64,000 bases of DNA from Bugula neritina (taxonomy: Eukaryota > Animalia > Bryozoa). The translations under genes were made by a program, and so were the position numbers. The stretch lies in contig OZ037767.1 in the NCBI GenBank assembly GCA_964035545.1, forward strand, positions 10,302,581-10,366,580. Direction: 5' to 3'. A model generated the notes under the pieces. It saw nothing but the letters and a program-made list of their open reading frames with translations, did no database searches and was not told the DNA's origin. This document shows, one piece after another, positions 14,230 through 28,000 of this stretch (positions are counted from its first letter, which is position 1; every line of letters begins with the position of its first letter).

Positions 14230-14342
14230 AACTATTACTATGACTATGTAACTATTACTATGACTATATGACTATTACTATGACTATATAACTATATACT
14301 ATTACTGTGACTATATAACTATATACTATTACTGTGACTACT
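14230..14342. repeat. degenerate tandem repeat (ataactattactatgact-like units)
   Basis: Visible periodicity. Confidence 0.75.
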
Positions 14343-14772
14343 GCTCAAAGGTTTCTTAAGAATATGTGTTGCTTCTCAAATAATTCTTTTCCTCCAGATG
14401 TCCAAGAGTAAAGGTCAAAGTTCAGTGTGACTACAGCAACCTAACATCAAGAATACTTTAATATGAAATATCACACTTGGGTTATAGTTTATTTGGAACT
14501 TAGAAAGAAAATACATAAAGATGAACTGTCTAGCATAGAATAGATTTGGTGTAACCACTAACACATAGCTTTTTGTTGTTAAAATACTCAACACCACAAT
14601 GTAATAGCAACAACTAGTAGTAATATACTGAGTTACTGACGAGTTGAAAACTTCGTAAATGTGAATATTATATTTATTCTAGAGTTGTGAATGTGTCAGT
14701 TTGTAGAATAAGATCAACTTTTCTATCAAAGTTTAGGATGATTATTTTTTAACCTCCTGGGTGGTCCTCGCT

Positions 14773-17700
14773 TCATTCTGGAGGTCTTTGTTTCACTCTG
14801 GTGGTCTTTGTTTCACTCTGGAGGTCTCCCTTAAATACTGGCGAAGGTAAAGCTAAACACCTGACAGTTCCTTCAGATTCAGACTTGCTCCTCTTCTTAT
14901 TCTTAGCAAAATGCCACACATGAACCAACTTGTCTTCACCAACTGACACAATTCTCTCCAGTCTCTCATTCACCTGCAGAAATATGAAGAGATAAAACAA
15001 TACAAAGTCAGTTACTAAACAAATGCATATCCTAAGTAGTTACTGAAGTATCATGCAGCATAGAGTAAATAAACAAGAAAAAAAAATTATTTTAGAGGTA
15101 AATAATGAAAAAATAAAACCTTATAATATTTAAATCATGTGATCACATCTTGAACTTAAAACTGCCAATTTGAACAAACAGTGATCCTGAATACTGAGTC
15201 GACAATAAGCATAGACTACCATCTGCTAATCCAACGTAATTTTCCATTATTTTCTAAATAAATAACATTAGTAGTCATTAAATAAATATATGTTTTTCTT
15301 CTTTACTAAATGAATCTATTCTATTTTAAGCTACTAAATAAATATATACTATTTTTAGTTACAAACAAATATATTTTTAGAAATCACTATCATCAGCTGG
15401 AGCCAAGATGTAAACAAGATATAGGAAGGGACAAACAGGTTACCTTCATACAGTGTATGGATGTAAAGTGGTCATTCAATTGTCTCACACATGTCATGGT
15501 AGCCAGGTCAGTTTCTTTGATCACCCCATCACTACAACAAGAGCACATGCTAACACATGCCATATCCATGCAAGCAGATATTTCATAGTTACACCAACAA
15601 CAAACTTTACATGTGGAAAACATATTGACGTTATTTCTTTACTTCAACATCTCGCACTTTGGATTCAACCTTCTCAGAAATGATGTAACTATTTTGGTTC
15701 AACTATTGATGCAAGAGTGAGGAATATTGGCAGCAGTGCTGCTTTAAAGTGCAGCTGAAATACCAGAACTACCTTTCAGACTGGCTGACCTTTTTATTAA
15801 TAAAAGTAAGAAACAAACAATCTTTAATTCCATATAATCCAATCAGCCCGTAGCCTGAGTTTTAAACACGGATCGGTTTTCTTCAGGGAGGCTCATAACC
15901 CGTTTCCTAGGGAAGAATCCCAAACCCAAACCAGTTCCTATCAAGCATTGTGGGTCATCATACAGCCAGTGTGGGCTGTGAATAGAATTAGCACAACTGC
16001 TGTTGAATTGAGCATTAGTCATTGCAGAGTCAGCATGAACAAGTGCTGACCTAAACCAAACCCAAAAATAATAACATACTCTACCTGGTATAACATACTC
16101 TACCTGGTATATATACATTTCTGTCAGCTGAAGTGAAATATCTTAAACACTAAACAAAGTGATTTGCCAACTTTAGTTTTAACAAAAACCAACAACTAAA
16201 AATACTTCAAAACTCTAACAAATGTGTTTGAGAGAAACATCTTTGAATACACTGAATGCAGGTGAGAAAAGTTAAAACAATGCCAAGGAAATGCATTGAC
16301 AGGGAAAGTAACAAACACTGCCATTCAGTACTCAAGTAGTGGGAGCAGTGTACATGTCATACTTTTGTGGCATTCGTCTCAACATTGACACTTGACTTTA
16401 GCAGCTATTTTCAGAATACTTAAACTCACAACAGCCACCTGTTACATATCACAAAGGTATAGAAATAGAAACGCATCAACTCTTTCGGAAGAAGTATTTT
16501 TAACTTGGATGCTTTAAAAATGCAGCCTTTAAAATCAGCTTACATAAAACTCAATCAGCAATATCTAAACTGATACAGAGTCAACAAACAAGGCAATCAG
16601 CAATATCTTTCTGTGCTGGCAGTTTCTCAATCATCAACAATGTGGCAAGTTTTTCACCCGAAGTGTGTTGAGATGTCACTCCACTCACACCTGCACTCAA
16701 GTGTCAAATCTAGCTTTGAGCTATTTATAGCTTTGGCCTGTGTGTAACTTTTCTAATTACAAAAGTATTTTTCACTTTGTACTCATTCAACACATGTGCG
16801 ATGAGGAAAAATATGTTTAAGGTAGGATAGTAACTGAACAAGTAAGAAAACCTTAACTTGTTTTACGAACAGAAAATAATATTTTTCAAAAACTTGTTTG
16901 AAAGGTTTACAAGAATTTGTCATTATAAGCAGTTGGGTGAAAAAAAGTTCAAATAGATGTTAAAGAGAATAACAACCGTACCTTCCACACGTGAGAAGCC
17001 GAGAGCACCAGAGGTTAATAGAGGTGATGGAGCCCATATGCAAGTCGAACCGGGCCACAGCGGTTAATGCAATCTTTGACCAGCAAATAATCTCCCCATG
17101 TGACGTACCGCCAACTATCAAATCATTTATCACCTGAAATAAAAACCTAGAAGTATACTTTGCGGGTAAGGAGAAGTGAGAAAAAGAAGCTGTAGTGTTA
17201 AGATTCCCCAGTAGCTCCGATGGTGTAATGGTCAACACGCTGGCTTGCAAGCCGGAGGTCCTGGGTTCAAATCCCAGTGGGGACAAATATTTTACAGAGG
17301 CCATCTACCCACCAGGTAAAGCAGATGTGTTTGAGAACTAAAATTAGGAAACTTGAGGTAAAGGAAAGGTATTTGGAAGTATTGCTAGTTCTCTACCAAC
17401 ACAAAGCTCATCTTGGTATATATCTGACAAGACTGTTATAATGCATACACTTTCAGGTAACTGTGTGTTAGCATTTGCTAAGTAATTTGCATGAAACTAA
17501 ATTATTTACCATTCCAACAGTAAGTCATAGCAACAATAAATTCATTATTATACAAGCATATAAAAAACTCAACATGGGTTGTTTTTTACAAGATTTACAT
17601 AAACATTCACACACATAACCAAGAGACGTATTCTGGCGGCAGTGCATCTTGGGAAGGCTGGTATGCAGAATATAGGTGTAAATAACACGGCAGAGTTCAG

Positions 17701-19012
17701 CGTTCAAGTTGCTAAAGATTTGAAGGTTTCATAGTATAAAATACTACTAAATAATAATAGAAATATTGAGCCTAACGAGAAGGGGGTAAAAACGTATATA
17801 AGGGAAAGAAAGAAGGGGAGAGCAGGGGTAAGAAAGAAGGGGAGAGCAGGGGGCAGAAGAGGGGGATTAGAAGAAAGTAGAGGAGCTTAGAGGGCGAGTG
17901 TCCTGGGATGGAATAGTGTAGTCTCTTGGTCCAACAGGAAGTGATGAATGGTGGGCATAAAACTTACTCCATTAATGATTGCAGCTTATAATGTACATTT
18001 AACAACAGGCACGCCCTATGACTAGTACATATACACTAAATAACACTTTCCTGTATGCAACTGTACTGTGAGGGATTTATCATGAATCGCCAATCATATA
18101 CATGACCAAATCATATTTAAAGCAATAAAATTCATAATTGGGGCAAAATTTAATGACCTGTTACATATGAACCAGACTAGCACATACGAAGTTAGGAGAA
18201 AAATATTTACAACACCATGAATAAAATTTATTGCATGGAAAGCCAATAAATGTAAAAAGTTGGAAATTGGAAAGGTATTGAACTTATTTTGGAGAGATAG
18301 TAAACAGAGAAACACATTATGATGGGCAAGAGAATGGGTTTGAATGAAAAGTGTAGGGAGTAGTATGTGTGGGAAGGCAATAAAAACATTGGATGAGTCA
18401 CATAGACCACCCACAAAAGAGGAGACCACCCACAAAGGAAAAGATATAATGATGTTAAAAGTCAGCAGTGAATATATGCAACAGGACAACATGAAAGGAA
18501 AGTTCAGATGAAATGTAACAACCTGAGTTTTAATACTTCATATATGAATACAGGAGAACATGCTTGTATGCAGAACTAGGTTATGGCAAAATAAATGAGA
18601 ACATGTGTGTAGTGTGTAATAGGTGTAGTGTAAGTCAGAGCAGCTGTAGTGCATGCTATTGTAACTCACCAACATTTGGTTAGTTTTGATTTAAATTCTG
18701 AACATGTGGAGGAATTAAATGTTGTGTAATTCACACCTATTGACCCTAAGTTACCCTTACAGAATAATATCATATTCTACAGTTTGATTACAAAATAGGT
18801 ATTAGACCCTTTCATCTCAATTAAACTCTTCTGCCTAGCAATCTCCTCCTAAAGTACAAACTAGCACCGTGAAAGTGTAGACAATGTATTGTGTAACATT
18901 TTCTCAACAAGTCAAAAGAATAAAGTTGCAGGCGGAAGGAAGCAGGTGGAAACTTTAGCATGAGGGTATAATTTGCCAGGTGTATACAGCTGCATGTCAC
19001 ACTGCCATCTGG

Positions 19013-19067
<55 letters not shown>

Positions 19068-22000
19068 CTTATATACATTATATATATATATATATATTTA
19101 CAGACATATATTATTTTGTATAACATTGCCCTACTAACTGGTTTTACATGTATAAGTAGCATTAAAAACTATTATATATCATATAATTTATTATCCATTG
19201 TTCATAGTTAATATGAAGGCAATATTTCCTTAACGAAAATAAGAAAAGCAAAATCCATCCAACAGTTGAATATTGCTGGTGTCAAACTCGACTCTCCGGT
19301 TACACAATGTGACAGATCAGCTCTGTGATGACGCAACACAGTCAGCTATGTCTGCTGCCGGAACTCAGCTGGGCTAGGTACACTCAGCTGAGCTAGGTAC
19401 ACTAAGCTGAGCTAGGTACACTCAGCTGGGCTAGGTACACTCGGCTGAGCTAGGTACACTCAGCTGAGCTAGGTACACTCAGCTGAGCTAGGTACACTCA
19501 GCTGAGCTAGGTACATCCATTAGCCACATAAAGTTACAAGAAATATTTGCTTACATAATACCAGCTCAATAAAGTGAGTAAAAATACTTCACTTTATGTA
19601 AGGGGCGCCTGCCTGTGTGACCTACGGATGACCTTTATTTTATATGTCGCTGCTTGTCCAGACATCAATTAAATCGCAATAAAATTTTGAAATAGTTTGA
19701 AAATCAAGATATATTTAGCATGTGTTGAAAATCTCCTTTCAATAGCATGAAGGTGCCATAATTATTATGTAAGAACATTTCACCCACGCATAATGCATAA
19801 TTACCTTACACACATATATATGACTTGAGCACATTGGCATGAAGTGGCACACTTTAGATATACTTGGGTTATAGAAACACCAATCTCTTATTGCAAATAG
19901 GAGGGGGAGACAAACTCTAAAAGAACTGCTGTCACCTTACTGATTGAATTGTATGTTTACACAGTGTGTGAGATTGAGTAAGTGTGTGCGGGGTGTGCGG
20001 GGTGTGAGCTATATATTATATACTGCTAGGTATGCTAGTAGGTATATAAAGTTGTGTGTTGTGTGTTAAGTATATAAAGTTGTGTGTTGTGTGTTAAGTA
20101 TATTGCATGCATTGCAAGATAAACAGAACGGATATGAACAGGTGATCTTGTGCCATGTATCAAGTGGCAGAAACCAGTGATAGGCTAAATTACAACTGTT
20201 AAATATAGTTGAAAGGTGTAGTTATATTACAGTTGAAATGTTAAATAAGAAACTCATGAAGTGGAGGTAATAAGCAAGAGCCACTCACAGTGTACTTCAT
20301 TAATATTGTGTGTGGCCTAACAAAGATTTGGTGTTATTCAAGCGTGACGCTGAAAGAAGATAACTTCAAACACACCTTTTGGGATTTCAGCTGCTCACAA
20401 GACAGGACGAAGGGAAAGGAAGAGTCAAGAAAATATAACTTACAATTAGGTACAATATCGAAAGGGAATAACTTACCAACTTACATAAGTAATTTACAAG
20501 TACAATACCGAAAAGGGAATACAACTTACAAGTATAGACGTGACGCTGTTAGCTGAATACTTGTTTTGGTCTGTTTTATTCCAGGACTGAGCTGTATGCA
20601 GAGCGATTCGGCCAATAGAGACGGTGCTCTTGAGGGTGTGTCCAGCTGAACAATGACCTCTGTAGGCATACTTGGTTTCTGGCTGGTCACGACAATGGCT
20701 GTACACATGCACAGCTCTAGATGTCAATAAATAACATACGCTATAAGACCGCATGTAACCCCCCCCAAGAACCTCTGATTACGAGGGTTTTAAATTAGGC
20801 TAAGGACTGTGCCTCCTACCAGGCTGTCAACATGGTCTGGAGGACTTTGTTGTGACACGGGAGCAATATGATTGGATGTTCTTCCAGACATTACAAATGA
20901 CTAGAATCTATGAGCTGTGTGGCACTAAGCTACTGAACCAATCACTGCTCCCTAACTAATATCTAGTACCATTATCATTATCATCATTCATTTAAGTATT
21001 TTTTAAAAATTTATTGAATAACTTATAAGCAACATAAACTTGTATGGAGTAGTTCGATCATAGCCATTACCCATTAATAATTAACTCATAATCATTACCC
21101 ATTATTAATTAATCTATAACTATTACTCATTATTAATTGACTCATAGCCATTACCCATTATTAATTAACTCATAATCATTACTCATTATTAATTAACTCA
21201 TAACCATTACCCATTACTAATTAAGTTATTTACCATTACTCATTACTAATTGACTCATAATAATTACCTATTATTAAATAACTCCTAGGCTTTGCTTATT
21301 ATTACAACAATGCATATACTGGTAATGAAGGTTTGCTAGAACAATCTTCGCAGACGTTATGCAATATGCAGACATTACAGAATATGCAGACATTACAGAA
21401 TATGCAGAGACCACACAAATGTCAATCTTACCGATCTGCACCTCCACTTGCTATGTCCATGCCATCATAATACACACAGTTGATATTAGCTACATGATCT
21501 CTAAACACTTGTATGTTAGAGTAAGTATCAGTACACCATGTTCTTACAGTACCATCAGTGGAGGCGGAGCAACTGTAACCAGAAACACCAGACTACTCTA
21601 GAATAAATCTCTCTAAATGCTGTAGAAACAACTGCAGTACCCATAACTATTAAAGCACTTCACACCTACTAGCATAAGAGAAATCATCTGGTGCAATCAG
21701 CAAGGATTTTGATCACGTTTAAGCCAATATTTCATTGTTTTTTGCACAAAATGCTGGTAACTCCATTTGCTTATAATATATTTCAAGCACATCATTATAG
21801 TTTGAACTAAGAATTTTATCAAATTTTACTTGTTTACTAATACAAAGCAGCCACCCACATTACCACACGGTTACTGGTTTTATGTGTTAATTTTTAAGCA
21901 TTCCATTTGTTTAAATTTTTTAACTTTTAAATAATTGTCAGCTCCACTTTTTAAAAATATATGCTCAATATATGCATGGTCGTAGAAGTAGCAATTTTGG

Positions 22001-25000
22001 CCGTTACAGATCAGCATGACTCATTGCAAATCAGAGTGAGTCATTGTGAATCAGTTTAGATCAGTATGAGCCAGTACATATTTAGCCCAGACTTAGCCTA
22101 GGGCCACACTGTGCGTATTTTCGCATGCGAAAATTTAAACCACAAGTAGAAAAGGTGTCCACTGTATGCGTTGAGAAAATATTCACACTTGTCGCTCAGC
22201 ATTCTGAACGCAAGTGCGAATCGTCTCTGTCGTTGTCACCTAATTGGCTGGTAGTTATTTAGTGAGCCCACTTTTCTTAGTTTAATGCTACATTCCAATA
22301 AATTGCGCTTTATTGAAATTGAGTGGGATTTAAAAATGAAAACTTAATTTATCCTGCAAGTGTAGCTATAGCAACAAGGCGAGCAATGAAGTTTAACGAA
22401 AATATTATTAGCTAGTAGTTTTTCCGATTTCACTGACCCTAGGCTTATACTTTATTTAGTTCTAGCTATAGCTATTGTATGACCAGAGTAATTAACTACA
22501 CTCAAAATTAGCTACACATTAAAAACAAAAAAAATTTTAACTAACATAATACGTTTGGCTTTACAGAGTTTGATCTCCACAACAGCAGCAGAGTGGCCTG
22601 TGAGGCAAGCTTTTACTTCAAATTTGATAGCATCCCAAACCTACAGAGAGAAAACAACTCTTCAAAAGCAAAAACACGCTTTTTATATATGTATGATATG
22701 CACACACTATTGCCAAGGTGAATGCCTAAACCTATGAGTCATGACAACCGACAACTTATTTTTTTAGAATAATTATATTTGAACAAACAAATACTTTGTG
22801 GTTAAAGAGCTGCATATTCATAACTACTACTATTTACTTACTTACTTACTTTTCACAACTACTTACTACCTGAGGCTTTGAGTTCTCCATTTAGGTGCAA
22901 CGGTGGAGAAATTTTATTAGCCTAAGTTCTTTAATTTTCTTGATAAATTTCAGTTGGGGCCAGGTTGAAAGTCTCATGAGAAAATAATCTTTTTCGCTAC
23001 ATTTTTAATCTAAAACACATGCTTTTCTCAATTTCTCCATTACTGCACCCACTCTGAGTTCTCCAACATAAACAATATAATTATAAAAATGTAGAATTAC
23101 AACAATATTTGATGAAATATTAATTTTTAATCTTTAAATAAGAGCAAAACTTGAAAATTTTTATAAGATGAAATAGCAGTTATCCCAATTTACAGGTATA
23201 ATCCCTTTTATAATATTGATTCCAATAGTTTCAAACTGCTGTTATATATTCATTTCCCATAAACCAGCCCAGTGGCTTTTTGGTTATTGCATGGCTATAA
23301 TTTAAAGGTGAACCTTTAGGCAATATATTTTAATTATTTGAAATAATTATTAAAACACAGTTGCTATTGATTACTTATTGATAAACAATTATTAGTTATT
23401 GATAGCGAAAAATATCAGAAATAGTGGTTTTTTTGGAAGAAACCAACATAACATAAAACTGTAAAAGCAGCTAATTTAGTAAGTAATAAAATATTGGCTC
23501 ACAACAACAGTTGTGTCCCAGGATGCACTGTACAGGATATCGTCTTCAGAGTCCAATTCCAGACTTCTTATACTTCCCTACAAACAAGAGTTTAAAGACA
23601 TGCAAATATATACAGAGATTTATGCCAAGGTATGCAATTAGCATGTGCAAGGTTGAGTTATGTGATGAACTTAGTTACTTGAGTCAACTTTATAACAATA
23701 CAATCAGATGCCAGTTGTACAACATCCGGCATTACTAATACTTATTTACAATTCATTCATAAATTGATTAGATTTTGAATTTGAGAGTCAAAACAAATGA
23801 TGTTAAACAAGGAAACTTAAAGTTATACAGTTACACAAACACTCTTACAATAAATCTGGCAGTCATAATATAATCTACAGTCTTTTCAGACGCCCTATAT
23901 CTGAGTGCAAACTTTTCTATTCATGGAAGCTGATACAATGACTGGGCTGTGCAAGTGTCCCTTAATTTGCAACAAGTAAAGTGATCTCTGATATATACAT
24001 GACAATTAAAGTGTATTAGCAGCTTTGTTTCTATATTAACAATATGTAAGTTAGATACAGTTATTTGATACTTCGACATCATATAAACTGTGAATTCAAC
24101 ACAAGGTGACACGCTTAGCTTTGTTCCCATGTCGCAGGTAAAAATCACCTGCCGCTCGTCCCCCGTCCCTACCAGCCTACCATACGGCAGTAAAACAATG
24201 GAATTTAGAGGCAGGTGCAGTAATAGAGAAATTTTATTAGCCTAAGTTCTTTAATATTCTTAATAAATTTTTGTTATTGCAAAATAATTTGTTTCGCCAC
24301 ATTTCTAATCTAGAACACAGGCTTTTTTCAATTTCTCGATTACTACACCTACCTACATATAATGTACATCTTCCTAAAAAGATTTTCATTAGTTGAATGG
24401 AAAGCCCATGTGGCATTGCTTTATAACACCAAACATCACAAACTAAAAATTGTATTCTTATTTAAAAAACCTAAAATAGCACCGGAGAGTAGGAATTGAA
24501 ATAGGTTTTGTAAAGACTATTGCAATTCCAAGAAAAAAGAATATTTCAGCTCTGAGACTAAACTTGAAAGTGATAAGAACTACTATTTAACAGCTTACTA
24601 TAAATACAAGGATCCACACTAGGAATGACAATTGTTTAACGCTTGATATTGCCACATTAATTATTATTAGTATACAATCAAGTACTAAAAGAACTAAGAT
24701 AATAAAAACATACTGTATGGTAGTCAAGTTTCTGTACATATCTGCCAGTTCTAATATCCCACAAGAATATGTGTGCGTCCACTCCGCCAGTAAACACACG
24801 GTTTCTGTCAAATGCACAGCAATAGATCTCATCTAAATGGCCCTACAAAATATACCAATACTATGCTGGTAACACATTGCAGTCACAGGAGTCAATTTAT
24901 TTGAATTAGTGAGTAAATTAGCAAGTGAGTGAGTGAGTGAGTGAGTGAATGAGTGAGTGAGTAAGTGAGTGAGTGAGTGAGTGAGTGAGTGAGTAAGTGA

Positions 25001-28000
25001 GTGAGTGAGTGAATGAGTGAGTGAGCGAGTGAGCGAGTAAGTGAGTGAGTGAGTAGTGAGTGAGTAGTGAGTGAGTAAATGAATGAGTGAATGTTACTAT
25101 GTAAAGTATATGTTTCTGTTACTTTACTTGATTAGAAGCAGCTTTTCTGATAACATGACAGAAATATGCATATTATTGGACAAGTAACATTGAAATGGTG
25201 ATATTGTGAAGGTGGCAACAAAAAATATTTGAAAATTCTAACAATAAATATCTTGTTTCCTTAAACAACTTGAGATTTCCCAATCTGCTTTTCATGAACA
25301 TGAGTATGGTCTGTAGTAGCAGTAGTAGTAGCAGTGCTGGTAGTGGCAGTAGTAATAGTAGCAATAGTAGTAGTAGTAGTAGCAGTGCTGGTAGTGGCAG
25401 TAGTAATAGTAGCAATAGTAGTAGCAGCAGTAGCAGTGTTGGTAGTGACAGTAGTAATAGTAGTAGCAGCAGTATTGGTAGGGGTAGTAGTTGTTTCAGT
25501 AACAGTAGTAGTGCTAGTGATAGTGGTTGTGTTCTTTTTTTCAGATTCAAGAGAATTGACTTGTTTAAAAGTTAAGGGAATAGTTCTAAAGATTAGCACC
25601 TGGATGATGAAACTAAGCATGGATACATGCAGTACACTACACAGCAATACCCACTAATCCAAATGACCAGTGCCTGGTGATAACGATTGCCTAATTTAGG
25701 TTTAAAATAAAGCTACTCCGCTTTTGAGTAAGAGATGGAAACAGAAAACCTCCTGATATTGTTTTCGGTTGTGATAACCTAGGCAACCAGGTGATGGTAG
25801 CTGCACACACACCCAACAGATGTTGATACTCAATGAAGTTAATCTCATTGGCATAATAGGAAAATCTTTGATATATACAAAAGCAAAGAAAGGGAATTGT
25901 CCTCACATATTAATGAGAAAAGACTAGTTGATGCACCTTTTGAACAGCTTTTGTTCTATTATAGGCTCTAGTTTTAAAAGGCAAACAACTCTGTAAAACG
26001 CGGAATAGATACCACCAAGTAATATGAGCCTTTAATGTAACAGGATATATGCATATCACCATAGTAACAGCTATACAAAAGTTAAAAATTTTCCATCAAT
26101 GACACAAGGTAACACAACTCCATTACTAAGCTTCTACGAACACTCTAAAGGTATGAGCAATGCATCACTTTGAGAAATGCTTTACAGCAACAAATAATAA
26201 TAAAAAGTGAATTTTAAGAAATTACTTTTCAGGTATAGCATTATATTAAATCATAGTAATATATTAAATATTAGTATTATATTACATAATAGTATAGCAC
26301 TGACGTACTTTGAACTTGTGCACATAGCTGACAGGTTTGACAAACCCCACTATTCTTCTCCTGGTGCTAATATCTGTGGGGTTGTATTCAGAAAGTGGAA
26401 GCCATTCCAAAAAGGGTTGAGGGGGATGAGAAGCTACAACAAGTAACACCTCTAGCATAAACAGAGTAGGAGTGCAGGATACTGCTCGTAAATGGTTGCA
26501 TTTGTTAATCTTCATATGCAAAAAAGAGGTTGTGAATTCGATATAGTCTTTTTTGAAAGTGATTAAATGAAATCAGTCAAATCACTATGATTGAAAGTAA
26601 GTCAATAACTTGTCGAATGGTGGTAAGTACAGACAATTCCTCTTAGTAAACAACATTTATCAGAAATAGACGTATTTCATAAGCAGAATGGAAGTTTTTT
26701 TTAAAAAACTTCTTGGGAAACGTTGGACACGTCATGGATATGTCTGAATATAATACTATTCTGATACATGTTAAACCATAAGATGTAACAGGAGATATGT
26801 GTATTAGTAGTAGTTTAACTTCAGCTGGCTAATAATACTCTAGTATGCTTAAAGCTGATATACTGAAAGCTAGTATGCTTAAAGCTAATAAGTTTAAAAC
26901 TAGCATATTGTATGCTTAAACCAAGTATACTTAAAACCAGTATGTCCAGACTATCCAGTTTAAACGCGACACCAACTTACTCTTGGCCAGAGCTGAAGAA
27001 TTGACAACCTGATTACAGGATCTAGCAACACCATTTGTACACAACACCTTCTCCAGATCCAAGTTTGTCTACAACATACATCATACAAGGAACTAAAGCT
27101 ATACTTCAAACAAGGAACTAAAGCTATACTTCATACAAGGAACTAAAGGTATGTATCATACACCACACTAAAGAGCCTTTGCTGACACAACGCATACTAA
27201 GCGGTGCGGCGGCAGTATACAAACCTTATCTAGCTGAATAGCTGGCTGAAGATTGGTACGTAAGTCCAGCGCCACGCCTGGCTGACTCTTAGCTCCTTTC
27301 CTATCTTCAGATGTTGTGAGACTATCACTACGGCTAGGCAGCTGCTGACTTTTGTTCAAATATAAAATTAGATGAAATCCTCTTGCAAAGAATGACTTTT
27401 CAACACATTGTAATGAGAGCTTCGTAACTTCATAAAATGATTTAGCAGTGAATAATTTAAAGCTGTGAAGGTTCAAAGATTTTAAAGTTGTTAAACTCAA
27501 CATACACAAAGCATTAAAATACCCAGACCAGGATTGTTGACAATCTTATTAACACTGCAACTTCATGTCTTGTAAATTTAATCCCAATAAATGTTACACA
27601 ACACAATATATTTACTTGTCTAACACATTCAACAGCCTTGCAAAATGTACAAAAACAAAGATGTAGTAAGTTTTAAAAGTCATGCAAGAATATGAGTTGA
27701 TAGAAGAGTTAATAGAAGTTAAAGCATGCTATTGTGAGAGTTAAAAAAGAAACAAGTAGAGAGAAGAACTTAAGTGTAAGTATGACGAGTGATCTACGTG
27801 TAAGTGTAGAAACTTACGCTGGAAGTGTGGAGCCTTTTTGTGTGTCCGGGTCTGCACTGTTCTTTAACTTAGCAGAGGCTTTCAGTCTTACATCTGCCTA
27901 ACATCAGCATAATTTTATAACTAGCTATAAAATAGAGCTCAATGCAGAGTACAAGCCCTCAAAACATGCCTGAGGAAATGTAACACTAAGAATTGTAATA

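Larger units (their letters stand above)
14905..24842 (-). other. WD40 beta-propeller region (7 repeats over exons 24-31)
   Basis: Repeats GHLD..LWD, YHT..VWD, GHS..RTW, DHV..HVY, GHC..ICW, LHM..ETD, DHF..VWH. Confidence 0.9.

Noticed and set aside
17214-17285. Functional tRNA-Cys(GCA) gene
   Set aside because: The acceptor stem has two mismatches and the anticodon loop is irregular; better explained as a SINE head or pseudogene. A tRNAscan-SE score would settle it.
19362-19514. CRISPR-like array (also considered for 34026-34368 and 62977-63168)
   Set aside because: Units are directly adjacent with no unique spacers, there are no cas genes, and the context is eukaryotic.
22096-22260. Harbinger-like element end (agggccacactgtgcgtattttcgcatgcgaaaat)
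   Set aside because: It looks like one TIR end, but I could not find the partner TIR or a TSD.
25173-25657. Mucin-like Thr-rich ORF in the sense orientation of the F-box gene
   Set aside because: It comes from a trinucleotide low-complexity tract open in several frames. The flanking exons (26309 and 24842) join in phase without it, and I found no convincing splice sites.
25640-25668. Possible degenerate duplicate of the first WD40 exon start (ggtcatttggat...tattgctgtg vs ggccatttagat...tattgctgtg)
   Set aside because: Only ~29 nt of gapped similarity with an in-frame stop; chance cannot be excluded.
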